A DNA stretch of 64,000 nt from an archaeon (GCA_041650735.1 JBAZKP010000001.1:240786-304785); one strand, 5' to 3'. Positions 1-9,928 are shown, counted from the stretch's first letter. Program-made: numbers and translations. Notes: generated from the letters alone by a model not told the origin.

Positions 1-749
1 GCTTTATCAATTTTTTCTGCAAACTCTTTCTTGCACATAATAACAGCACTTCTTGGACCGCGAAGAGTTTTATGAGTAGTTGTTGTTACTACATCAAAAA
101 AAGGAACCGGGTTCTCGTGAACCCCTGTAGCACACAACCCTCCAATATGAGAAATATCAGCAACACAAAAACAACCAGCTTCATCACAAATACTCTTAAA
201 TTCCTTAAAATCAATTTTCCTTGGATAAGCAGTGTAACCGGAAAGAACTAACTTTGGTTTTTCTTGAAGAACCTGCTTACGAATTATATCATAATCAAGC
301 ATCTCTGTCTCCTTGTCAACCCCATACTGAATGAAATTATATTGTTTACCTGAAAAATTAACTTTGTGCCCGTGAGTTAAGTGCCCGCCCTCAGTAAGTT
401 TCAAAGCCATTGCTTTATCGCCTAGCTGCATAAGAGCAGAGTACATAGCCATATTTGCAGGAGAACCGGAATTAGGTTGAACATTAGCATGCTCCGCACC
501 AAACAATTGCTTCAATCTATCAATAGCTAACTGCTCAATCTTGTCAATAACTTCATTTCCTCCATAATACCTATGCCCTGGATAACCTTCAGCATATTTG
601 TTTGTAGGATAAGAACCAAGGGCTTCAAGAACAGCAGGAGAAACAAGATTCTCGGAAGGAATTAATTCAATACCCTCTATTTGGCGCTGTTTTTCATCCA
701 AAATATACTTATAAATCTCAGGATCAAATTTCTTAATATTCTCAAACAT
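1..749 (-). CDS. glyA: Serine hydroxymethyltransferase, N-terminal 249 aa; gene runs off the window start
   Basis: Reverse translation from the ATG at 749 gives [23 protein letters not shown].. with HLTHGHK and [15 protein letters not shown]-site motifs typical of SHMT. It is absent from the ORF track because it is truncated. Confidence 0.85.
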   Translation of the reverse strand, partial: MFENIKKFDPEIYKYILDEKQRQIEGIELIPSENLVSPAVLEALGSYPTNKYAEGYPGHRYYGGNEVIDKIEQLAIDRLKQLFGAEHANVQPNSGSPANMAMYSALMQLGDKAMALKLTEGGHLTHGHKVNFSGKQYNFIQYGVDKETEMLDYDIIRKQVLQEKPKLVLSGYTAYPRKIDFKEFKSICDEAGCFCVADISHIGGLCATGVHENPVPFFDVVTTTTHKTLRGPRSAVIMCKKEFAEKIDK

Positions 750-881
750 TCAAACCAACCCACACAAAAAAAGAACCATACTTTATATAAAAGATACAAA
801 CAAAGAATTTAAAAAAACAACAAAAGAAACTTAAAACCAACCAAGCTTAATTTAATAAGAAAGAAACAAGTAGGGAAAAAA

Positions 882-1301
882 ATGGAAACCTTTAATTTAG
901 GGGCAAAAGCCCTTATTGTTAATAAAGGAAAAATACTTTTAATCAAAAGAAGAACAACTGATGTGCACAAACCAGGGATATGGGAAATACCTGGAGGAAG
1001 AGTAACTCTTGAAGAAGACCCAACTAAAGGAGTGAAAAGAGAAGCAAAAGAAGAAACAGGATTGGATATAAATGTTATTTGCCCAATCAATACAAAACAT
1101 TTTGTGAGAGACGATGGGCAGGTAATCACCGCAATAAATTTTTACTGCAAATTAGAAGGAAAAAATACTGTTAGGTTAAGCGAAGAGCACACGGAATATT
1201 GTTGGGAAACAATTCCTAATGCAAAGAAAAAAATCTATTCAGGGTTTTTGGAAACAATTGAAAACTATGAAAAAATGAAGACAGGAGAAATGTTTAAGTA
1301 A
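882..1301 (+). CDS. NUDIX hydrolase
   Basis: Nudix box GGRVTLEEDPTKGVKREAKEETGL (GX5EX7REUXEEXGU). Confidence 0.7.
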   Translation: METFNLGAKALIVNKGKILLIKRRTTDVHKPGIWEIPGGRVTLEEDPTKGVKREAKEETGLDINVICPINTKHFVRDDGQVITAINFYCKLEGKNTVRLSEEHTEYCWETIPNAKKKIYSGFLETIENYEKMKTGEMFK

Positions 1302-1332
1302 ATATACGCACAAAAATTTCTGGGTTGGGAAA

Positions 1333-2721
1333 ATGGAACTAAAACTCGTGGAAACAAACAAAGAACAATTAATTGAACTAGAAAACTTTTTAGAAAAAAA
1401 AGAAAACCAAAACATTACTGAAGAAACCTTTTTTGAACTCGCAAAACAAATAAACTTTTCATTCTCTATAGAAGAATGCTCAAGACTCCTAAGCCACCAC
1501 CTTTGTGAATCACTTGATTCATACACTCAGCAAAGCCAAAGATATGTAAAAATGAATGAGGGGGCTTTTGTAATCCCACAAGAAATCAAAGAACTCGGAA
1601 AAGAAACTGAAAAAGAATACATTCAACTAAACAATGAAATTTTTGAATTTTACAACAGGATGACAAAAATCAAAGAAGGATTTGCAGGAAGAAAAGCACA
1701 AGAAAGCGACTATGTCCATGGAATAAAAATTGAAGACGGAAGATATATTCTGCCAATAAGCACAACAACAAACGTATTTCAAACAATGAATTTCTCAAAC
1801 ATCACAAGATTTTACAAAACAATGAACAATATAAAAATAAATGAAAGCAGAACGCTCCTTACTGAAGCTGACAAAGCAATTTCAAAAATAATGGGAAAAG
1901 AAACTGAAAAATGCCTTGTAATTAGAAAAATACATGAGTTTGCGGATAAAGGAACTGCGGATGAAACAAAGATAATGGGGCAATACCAAAAAAACTTTGA
2001 TAAAATCAGTGCTAAAAACAACTGTATTTTAATTAATTCATTTAACGAGCCAATTCTTAGGACAGGATTAGGGGCGCTTACCTCAACAAATGAAAAAACT
2101 CCTTCAGAAATACTTTCAACATGGGAAAAAGAAAACATACAATCAGAAAAAGCCAAAGGAGTAACTGAAAGAGTTACAGGGTATGGGCACACATCAATAA
2201 TAGAACATGCAAGAACAACCTTCGGGTTAATGATGACACTAACATGCTACCACCAATTTGAAAGACACAGGCTGCCAAGCAACATACGCGAAAGGCTTGA
2301 AATAATTCCTGCTGAAAGGGAAGTGCTTTTGCCTGAAAGCGTAAAAAGAAATACATTAATAGAACAAGAATTTAATGAAAAAGTAGAAAAAATAAAAAGA
2401 TTTAGGGCAAAACTAAAAGAAAAAGGAGAAATCGGAAAAAACGCACAAACATACCTGCTAATTAATGCTGATATGGTAAAAATAATTTCCTCAACAAATG
2501 CAAGAATGGATAAAGAAATTATGTCAGAGAGATTATGTAATAATGCCCAATGGGAAATAAGACACTTATATGAAAAAAAATTAGAGACATTGAAAAACAC
2601 CACTCCTTTAATCTATGATAAAATCGGGCCAGGATGCATACGCGGAGCGTGCCCAGAAGGCACACTAACCTGTGGAAAAATAATTGAAATGAGAGAAAAA
2701 TACAATTACAATACAAAATAA
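1333..2721 (+). CDS. Fused double ThyX-like (flavin-dependent thymidylate synthase family) protein with C-terminal Cys-rich tail
   Basis: First half carries LDSYTQQSQRY (ThyX SxxxxSxRY signature) but SHH/CES in place of RHR. Second half carries GHTSIIEHARTTF..ERHRLPS (HxSxxEH..TF..RHR) and NAR..AQWEI but no SxRY. Total 462 aa is about twice ThyX length. Confidence 0.55.
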   Translation: MELKLVETNKEQLIELENFLEKKENQNITEETFFELAKQINFSFSIEECSRLLSHHLCESLDSYTQQSQRYVKMNEGAFVIPQEIKELGKETEKEYIQLNNEIFEFYNRMTKIKEGFAGRKAQESDYVHGIKIEDGRYILPISTTTNVFQTMNFSNITRFYKTMNNIKINESRTLLTEADKAISKIMGKETEKCLVIRKIHEFADKGTADETKIMGQYQKNFDKISAKNNCILINSFNEPILRTGLGALTSTNEKTPSEILSTWEKENIQSEKAKGVTERVTGYGHTSIIEHARTTFGLMMTLTCYHQFERHRLPSNIRERLEIIPAEREVLLPESVKRNTLIEQEFNEKVEKIKRFRAKLKEKGEIGKNAQTYLLINADMVKIISSTNARMDKEIMSERLCNNAQWEIRHLYEKKLETLKNTTPLIYDKIGPGCIRGACPEGTLTCGKIIEMREKYNYNTK

Positions 2722-2854
2722 AACTAATTTCTACCGCCGGCATGGCACTTGGAAAAGGATTTATAACCAACCAAACATAATCCTATTGTTAATTGCGCAA
2801 AGGGTTTGCTCTTTTGCCGGAAAAAACTCAAAAAGCGCTTAACGAGGTGAAAAA

Positions 2855-3808
<954 letters not shown>

Positions 3809-3856
3809 AATATCAGAAACTAAAACTAACTTCTTGGGCGAAGTAAAAAACTTCGC

Positions 3857-4969
3857 TCATTTTTTATTTTTATAATTTAATTCAAACTCTTTCTTAAATT
3901 TCTCAAAATTATTTTCCTTAATCGCAACACGAATCTCTTTAATTAAATTAGCAATAAAAAAAGTATTGTGGTAAGAGAGAAGCATTAAACCATTTTGCTC
4001 GTAAGTTTTGAACAAGTGATGCAAATAAGATTTTGAATGGGATTTGCAAACAAAACAACCACATTCTGAATCAAGAGAAGAAAAATCTTCTTTGTATTTA
4101 CTACGATTAATCTGAACACAACCATTATGAGCAAAAATTTTTCCATGACGAGCCATTCTTGTAGGATAGGCTGAATCAAAAATGTCTACCCCGCGCTCAA
4201 CTAGATTTAGTATTTCAAGTGGAGAACCAACCCCCATCAAGTAAATAGGCCTTTCTTTTGAAACAAATTTCTTTGAAAATTCTGTAACATCATACATTGT
4301 TTTAGGATCCTCGCCAATACACAAACCGCCAAAAGCCAAACCATCAAAATTCATTGCCTCAAGAGCAATAGTGCTTTTTTTGCGAAGGTCAAGAAACGTT
4401 CCTCCTTGAGTAATACCAAAAAGCAATTGATTTGAATTTTTATGAGCTTCTTTGCATCTCAAAGCCCATTCAGTGGTGCGAACCATCGCATCAAAATAAT
4501 CCAAACGAGATTTACCGAAATGCAAAACATGATCAAGACACATAGCAACATCAGAGCCAAGAGAATTCTGAACCCGAACTGCATTTTCAGGAGTAATCAA
4601 ATGAACACTTTTATCAAAAGGATTTCTGAAAAAAACCCCTTTATCTGTTACATGATCAACAAAATCTTCTGAGAGGAGTTGAAATCCCCCTGAGTCAGTA
4701 AAAAGAGATTTATCCCAGCCAAAAAACTTGTGAATACCTCCTGCTTTTTTTATATGCTCAAGCCCGGGTTTTAAGTAATTAATAAAAGCATTAGAAATAA
4801 GGCAATCAACATTCATTTCATTTAACTGTGAATGGGAAACAAATTTTACCGCGCCCTTAGTTGCAACAGGCATAAAAAAAGGGGTTTCTAATTTACCATG
4901 CGCTGTTGAAAGAATACCTGCGCGAGCAAGAGAATTTTTGGATTCGTGAGTTAATTCAAAGCAAGACAT
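3857..4969 (-). CDS. tgtA: tRNA-guanine transglycosylase (archaeosine type, catalytic domain only)
   Basis: ETPFFMPVATKGAVKF and LMGVGSP motifs, Zn site CGCFVCKSH..H. Start reassigned to ATG 4969 (MSCFELTHES..) because the ORF-track extension to 5113 runs through the SRP RNA gene. Confidence 0.8.
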   Translation of the reverse strand: MSCFELTHESKNSLARAGILSTAHGKLETPFFMPVATKGAVKFVSHSQLNEMNVDCLISNAFINYLKPGLEHIKKAGGIHKFFGWDKSLFTDSGGFQLLSEDFVDHVTDKGVFFRNPFDKSVHLITPENAVRVQNSLGSDVAMCLDHVLHFGKSRLDYFDAMVRTTEWALRCKEAHKNSNQLLFGITQGGTFLDLRKKSTIALEAMNFDGLAFGGLCIGEDPKTMYDVTEFSKKFVSKERPIYLMGVGSPLEILNLVERGVDIFDSAYPTRMARHGKIFAHNGCVQINRSKYKEDFSSLDSECGCFVCKSHSKSYLHHLFKTYEQNGLMLLSYHNTFFIANLIKEIRVAIKENNFEKFKKEFELNYKNKK

Positions 4970-5020
4970 ACCAATTACTGAAACAAGTAGTCTTTTAATT
5001 ATTTCAAACCAAGAATATAT

Positions 5021-5292
5021 TGGACTAGGCCGGGCCGCCAGCGGTGGCTTGTAACCGGAAACCCGCTTCATGCCGGGGCCGAAGCTGGAAAAGAGGTTTT
5101 GATGTTTTTGCACTGAAAGTGCTGGTGGCGTCGAAGCTCTGTCCTTACAGGCCTTTCTGTGAAACGAACCCCGCCAGGGCAGGAATGCAGCAACGGTAAT
5201 TTTATTGAAGAGCGCTGAAGGGAAACGGAGTGGAGTTACTAGTACTCCAACAGTGCATTTACTAGAAATCCATTTCCCGGCACGTCCTTTTT
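5021..5292 (+). ncRNA. ffs: Signal recognition particle 7S RNA
   Basis: GC-rich island in an AT-rich genome. Helix-8 motif GCCAGGGCAGGAAUGCAGCAACGGUAA (GNAR-closed hairpin with AGG/AGCA loop). Alu-domain UGUAACCGGAAACCCG. Helix-6 hairpin GCACUGAAAGUGC. Ends in CCUUUUUC oligo-T with a TATA-like box upstream. Boundaries are approximate. Confidence 0.6.
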
Positions 5293-5428
5293 CTACATAA
5301 AGTGCTGCTAAACCCCTTCCTTTATCAGATTTAATTAATAATAAAAAAAGTTATGTTTAATCAATTTTTTTGGGGAAATGTTTATATATAAAAAAGGCGT
5401 TGTTCTAACATAAAATTGGTGTTACCAA

Positions 5429-5614
5429 ATGGTTTTTGAGAAAAAAATGTCCGTAAAAGACTTAATAGAACAAATGAGGGAAGAACTAAAAAAAGAGCAA
5501 GAAGAATCAAGAATGCTTGAAACCCCCTCAAGAAGAAAAAGCACAAAAAAAGCTTCAAAAACAAAAACTAAAGCAAAAAAGAAACAAAAAAAGAAAGGAA
5601 AAAAGAAAAAGTGA
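5429..5614 (+). CDS. Small lysine-rich hypothetical protein (61 aa)
   Basis: ORF preceded by TATA-like GTTTATATATAAAAAAGG about 40 nt upstream. Extremely K-rich C-terminus; no recognisable family. Confidence 0.3.
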   Translation: MVFEKKMSVKDLIEQMREELKKEQEESRMLETPSRRKSTKKASKTKTKAKKKQKKKGKKKK

Positions 5615-5623
5615 ACTATTAAT

Positions 5624-5938
5624 TCACTCTTTCTTATTGATTTCTTTGGAAATTTCTTTTTCAATCTTCTTCAAAACATTCTGAATCGTTTCAAGCAACT
5701 GCCAATCAACATACTCGGCAAAAAAACTCTTTCCATTAATAGTAAGCCTGGCATGAACTTCATGCTGAGCCCTCAAACCACCCTTCTTGTACTCCTTCAA
5801 GGATAATTGAAGCTCAGAATCGGAGCCAACCTTTTTGAAAAAATGCGTTAAAGCTTTTGAAACCAATGCCAAATCAACTTCATCAAGCTCAGGAAATTTT
5901 ATTAACTTCACATTAGGAAACTCTGACAAATTAACCAT
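5624..5938 (-). CDS. Ribosome hibernation factor-like protein (HPF/RaiA/YfiA fold)
   Basis: 104 aa. Pattern ..HEVHARLTINGKSFFAEYVDWQLLETIQNVLKKIEKEISK resembles the HPF core (..A.I...G..L.A....D.Y.AI....DKLERQL.K). Assigned by eye only. Confidence 0.45.
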   Translation of the reverse strand: MVNLSEFPNVKLIKFPELDEVDLALVSKALTHFFKKVGSDSELQLSLKEYKKGGLRAQHEVHARLTINGKSFFAEYVDWQLLETIQNVLKKIEKEISKEINKKE

Positions 5939-6015
5939 AAAACAAACACCTCAAAATACACACTATCTAATTAATGATTCAACGAGTTTAAAAAAAGATT
6001 TGGAACAAGGATGAT

Positions 6016-7776
6016 ATGGCAAATGAAGAAATAACACAATCAGAAATAAAACAAGTATTTGATTATGTTAGAGATAAAAGCAAAAAAAACGGGTTAGAAC
6101 AAACCGAAAGGATTACTGAAGAATTAAGAAAAAAAGACCTTCCAAAAGAATCCATCAAAGCAACAATCTTAATAAAAATACCTGAAGAAAAATTTAATGA
6201 AATAGAAATTAAAGAAAAATTTGGAGAAGAAACCCTCCAAATAATTAAAACAATAAAACAAATCAACACAGTGATAGAAAGAAATTTTGAAAAAATCCCC
6301 TCGGGAACATTAAGCTCAATATTACTCTCCTTATCTCAAAATTTTCAACCAATAATAATAAAAATCGCGCAAGTTACTGATGCACTAATAAACGAAGAAA
6401 ATGAGACAAAAAATAAAAAATTTATAAAACTTGCTGAAGAAATCTACGGGCCATTAGCAACAAAGCTCGGGCTAAATGATTTCGCATGGAAAATACAAGA
6501 TTACAGCTTTAAAATAACTAACCGAGAAGGGTGGGAAAAAATAAAAAAACTAGTGAACAAAACAAGGGCTGAGAGAGAAGCTTTTGTAGAAGAGGTAAAA
6601 AAAGAAGTTGAAACCCTGTTTAAGGACAAAATGAATGTACAAGTAACAGGCAGGCCAAAAAACTTTAAAGCAATATTTGAAAAACTAAAAAAAGTAAGCT
6701 TCCAAAAAATGAATGATATTTATGGAATAAGAATAATCTGCAACAAAGAAAAAGAATGCTATGAAGCACTTGGGTATGTACATTCAAAATATGACATAAT
6801 CCCTGAAGCATTTGATGATTACATCACAAAGCCAAAAACAAGCGGGTACAAAAGCATACACACAGCTGTGAAAAGAGGAAATGATATTATAGAAATACAA
6901 ATCAGAACATGGGAACAACATTTGCGAACATTAGGCGAAAATTACTGGGATTATAAAAGAATAAGAAAAGACAAAGAATTCGAAAAAGAACTCAGCTGGG
7001 AAAGGCAATTAATAGAATTACAGCAAAGCATAGGCAAAGATGCATTTGCAAAAAAAATAACTGGGAAAAAAATATTTGTGTTCACCCCAAAAAATGAAGC
7101 TATTGCACTACCTATAGGGGCAACAGTAATAGATTTTGCTTTTGCAGTACACACAGACATAGGAAAAAAAATGGAAAAAGCAAGAGTAAACTCAAAATTC
7201 GTGCCAATAGAAACAAAACTAAACAACCTTGACCAAGTGGAAATAATTATTGCAGAAAAACCACAATTAAAGAAAAACTGGCTGAACTTTGCTGTTTCGG
7301 ATAAAGCCAAAACAAAAATCAAAACATACTTTGGAATGAAAAAAACAACTTTAATTAAGAAAAATATTCAGCCAACTAATTTCAAAAAAATCAAAATGGC
7401 TGAATGCTGCCACCCCCTGCCGGGAGAAGATGTAATAGGGGTCAAAACAACAAAAAGGAAAATCGTTGTGCACAAAAAAGAATGCAAAAACATCCAAAAA
7501 ATAAGCAAAGACAAATTAATAGAAATCGGATTTGAGAGGGAAAAGGGAAAAACTGAAATAAAAATAACCGCTATTGACAGGCCGGGCTTATTGTCTGAAA
7601 TACTCGCAGAAATAAAACAAAGCAGCGCAACACTTACCAACACAAACTTTAAAATAAAAAAAACGGGCTATGCAGAAGCAATATTTGGGATAGAAATAAG
7701 CAGTTTAATGAAACTAGAACACTTAATAGACAAAATAGAAAAAATACCATCAGTGCAAAGTGCTGAAAGAATATAG
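6016..7776 (+). CDS. Long RelA/SpoT homologue (RSH) with degenerate HD domain, intact synthetase, TGS, CC and ACT domains
   Basis: Synthetase motifs GRPKNFKAIFEKL, DIYGIRII, YKSIHTAV, EIQIRTWEQH..ENYWDYK. TGS motif VFTPKNEAIALPIGATVIDFAFAVHTDIG. CCHPLPGEDVIGV. C-terminal ACT domain. The N-terminal region lacks the H..HD metal motif (RelA-like pseudo-hydrolase). Confidence 0.8.
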   Translation: MANEEITQSEIKQVFDYVRDKSKKNGLEQTERITEELRKKDLPKESIKATILIKIPEEKFNEIEIKEKFGEETLQIIKTIKQINTVIERNFEKIPSGTLSSILLSLSQNFQPIIIKIAQVTDALINEENETKNKKFIKLAEEIYGPLATKLGLNDFAWKIQDYSFKITNREGWEKIKKLVNKTRAEREAFVEEVKKEVETLFKDKMNVQVTGRPKNFKAIFEKLKKVSFQKMNDIYGIRIICNKEKECYEALGYVHSKYDIIPEAFDDYITKPKTSGYKSIHTAVKRGNDIIEIQIRTWEQHLRTLGENYWDYKRIRKDKEFEKELSWERQLIELQQSIGKDAFAKKITGKKIFVFTPKNEAIALPIGATVIDFAFAVHTDIGKKMEKARVNSKFVPIETKLNNLDQVEIIIAEKPQLKKNWLNFAVSDKAKTKIKTYFGMKKTTLIKKNIQPTNFKKIKMAECCHPLPGEDVIGVKTTKRKIVVHKKECKNIQKISKDKLIEIGFEREKGKTEIKITAIDRPGLLSEILAEIKQSSATLTNTNFKIKKTGYAEAIFGIEISSLMKLEHLIDKIEKIPSVQSAERI

Positions 7777-7837
7777 AAAAATCAAAAATAACTTATTTAA
7801 ATGCTTTCTAATTCAAATCTACAAGGAAGTGATAGAA

Positions 7838-9034
7838 ATGAAAGCAACACTAAAGGGACTAATGTTAATTATTTTACTTATATTATCAGTAAATGCTCTA
7901 GCAGCAAACCCCGAAATAACACAAGTAAGCTACAATCCAAGCCCCGCAGTACCGGGCGCAACAATAATAGTTCTAGTACAAACCGAAAACCAGGATTCTA
8001 TTGCATATGCTGATGTTACACTACAAGTTGAAAATCAATACCCTTTCACAGTAAAAACAACTGAAGGGTACCCTAATCCGAAAAATGTGGGGACAATCGA
8101 GGGATATGGAAATGCACTAACACAATTTATTATATACATTGATCCAACAGCGGAAAACAAAACATACTACCTTCCAATAACTATAACAACAAAACTCAAC
8201 CAAACAGGGAAAAAAATAAATCACCCAATTGTTATCAGCGGGCAAAACCCAGTAATAAAAGTAATTTCAATGTCAAATGACAAATTCCTTCCAGGGCAAG
8301 AAAAAGAAATAACTTTTACCCTACAAAATGTAGGAACAAGCCCAGCATATGATATAATATTAGAAATGCAAGAAGACCGAACAGTGACTGCAACAGGGAC
8401 TGTGGTTGAAAGAGACATAACTCCATTAGGAGCAGCAACCGCATACATATCCACAATTAATCCAGGAGAGAAAAAAGAAACAACACTCAAAATAAGTGTA
8501 ACAAACACTGCTACAATCAAAAACTATACACAACCAATACAAATTTCATACCGCGATGCATCAGGAGAAAGAACAACAGAAACATCATACATAGGATTAA
8601 AAGTATTTGGAACAGCTGATTTGGATGTAACTCTAAAAGAAAAAACAGGTTATATTGCACCAAGCCAAACAGCAAATATTACATTAGAATTATTCAACAA
8701 AGGGCTGGGAAAAGCTGAATTCACTTTAGTTGAATTAAAAATCAATGGAGGAACAATAGACAAACCAAAACAATTCATAGGAGCATTAGGCCCAAATGAT
8801 GTAGACACAATAAAAACAGATATTACATTCACTGCAGAGGAAGGAGAGAGAACAATTGAAGTAACCATAAACTACCAGGATTCTGATTCAACAATGAAAA
8901 CAAAAACAATACAAATACCACTAAAAACACAACAAGCAATAGCAGAAGGACCAAACATGCTATTAATACTAGTAATACTAGTAGTGATAGGAATAATTGT
9001 TTGGAACTTTTTCATTAAGAAAAAGAAAAAATAA
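7838..9034 (+). CDS. Secreted cell-surface protein with signal peptide, beta-rich repeat domains and C-terminal TM anchor plus poly-K tail
   Basis: Start set at ATG 7838 (MKATLKGLMLIILLILSVNALA) with AGGAAGTGA RBS. C-terminus is MLLILVILVVIGIIVWNFFIKKKKK. CARDB/DUF11-like composition. Confidence 0.5.
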   Translation: MKATLKGLMLIILLILSVNALAANPEITQVSYNPSPAVPGATIIVLVQTENQDSIAYADVTLQVENQYPFTVKTTEGYPNPKNVGTIEGYGNALTQFIIYIDPTAENKTYYLPITITTKLNQTGKKINHPIVISGQNPVIKVISMSNDKFLPGQEKEITFTLQNVGTSPAYDIILEMQEDRTVTATGTVVERDITPLGAATAYISTINPGEKKETTLKISVTNTATIKNYTQPIQISYRDASGERTTETSYIGLKVFGTADLDVTLKEKTGYIAPSQTANITLELFNKGLGKAEFTLVELKINGGTIDKPKQFIGALGPNDVDTIKTDITFTAEEGERTIEVTINYQDSDSTMKTKTIQIPLKTQQAIAEGPNMLLILVILVVIGIIVWNFFIKKKKK

Positions 9035-9086
9035 TAATTAAATAGCAAAGGGTAAAAAGTTTGCCCTTTGCAATAACTTTTTTTAA

Positions 9087-9821
9087 TTACAAATTATAAT
9101 CATCTTCAACTTTTCGAACAGTAATACCAGAATCAGAAATCTGTAAAGGATGCAAATCCTCGCTATGCTTAGTAGCACGCATCTTCCTAATATGCAAAGT
9201 CCTATTGCTTTGAGTGCCTATCCCCATGTAATGCAAAACAACAACCCCATCAGCAACAAACTCCTCAACCCCATACTTACCCAACTGCTTAGAATCCTCA
9301 TTAATTTCAGTTGTAAACATAGTTGTAACACCGGCACGGGAAAGCAAGTAAACCATTTTCAAAACAGCCTTCCTTATCTCGTGCTCATTATCAAAATTAA
9401 GCCCAAGCGCAGGAATAGAATCAATAACAACACGCTTAGCCTTAATTTTCTTAATAGCACGCATTAATTCAAGCAATAACTTATCTAAATCAAACCCGGT
9501 GGCAGGAAGAGAAAACTCTTCATCACTTGGGATACCAAGCTTAGCCATGGTGCCATCAACAACTTTCAACAACCCATCATCTTCTAATTTCCTTAAATTC
9601 CATCCAAAACGCAACATGTCCTCACGAATAAGCTCAGGTCTTTCATCAAGAGTCAAATAAACCCCGGGCTCATTAAACTTAGCCCCATTAACAAGAAACT
9701 GCATAGCAAAAATAGTCTTACCAGTACCAGTGCCCCCTGAAATCAAAAAACTTCTACCCTCAGGCAAGCCCCCCTCAACTAATTCATCAAAACCAAAAAT
9801 ACCAGTCTTAACACGATTCAT
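9087..9821 (-). CDS. KaiC-like single-domain RecA-superfamily ATPase
   Basis: GFDELVEGGLPEGRSFLISGGTGTGKT Walker A, 244 aa, KaiC/RadB-like. Confidence 0.7.
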   Translation of the reverse strand: MNRVKTGIFGFDELVEGGLPEGRSFLISGGTGTGKTIFAMQFLVNGAKFNEPGVYLTLDERPELIREDMLRFGWNLRKLEDDGLLKVVDGTMAKLGIPSDEEFSLPATGFDLDKLLLELMRAIKKIKAKRVVIDSIPALGLNFDNEHEIRKAVLKMVYLLSRAGVTTMFTTEINEDSKQLGKYGVEEFVADGVVVLHYMGIGTQSNRTLHIRKMRATKHSEDLHPLQISDSGITVRKVEDDYNL

Positions 9822-9928
9822 AAAACATCAATAGTAATAGGCAAAGGTTGATTATAAATCTTTCACCAGGCAACACAAAAATAGGGAGAACAAAAGAAAC
9901 AACTTTTTTTAAAAAAATAGAAAAAATA

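Noticed and set aside
1239-2770. Minus-strand ORFs overlapping the NUDIX and ThyX-like genes
   Set aside because: Antisense shadows of A-rich coding sequence with no motifs.
4970-5113. ORF-track 5' extension of the TGT ORF (MQKHQNLFSSFGPGMKRVSGYKPPLAARPSPIYSWFEIIKRLLVSVIG)
   Set aside because: It overlaps the SRP RNA gene on the other strand. TGT homology begins only at MSCFELTHES. The extension is a read-through of a GC-rich RNA gene.
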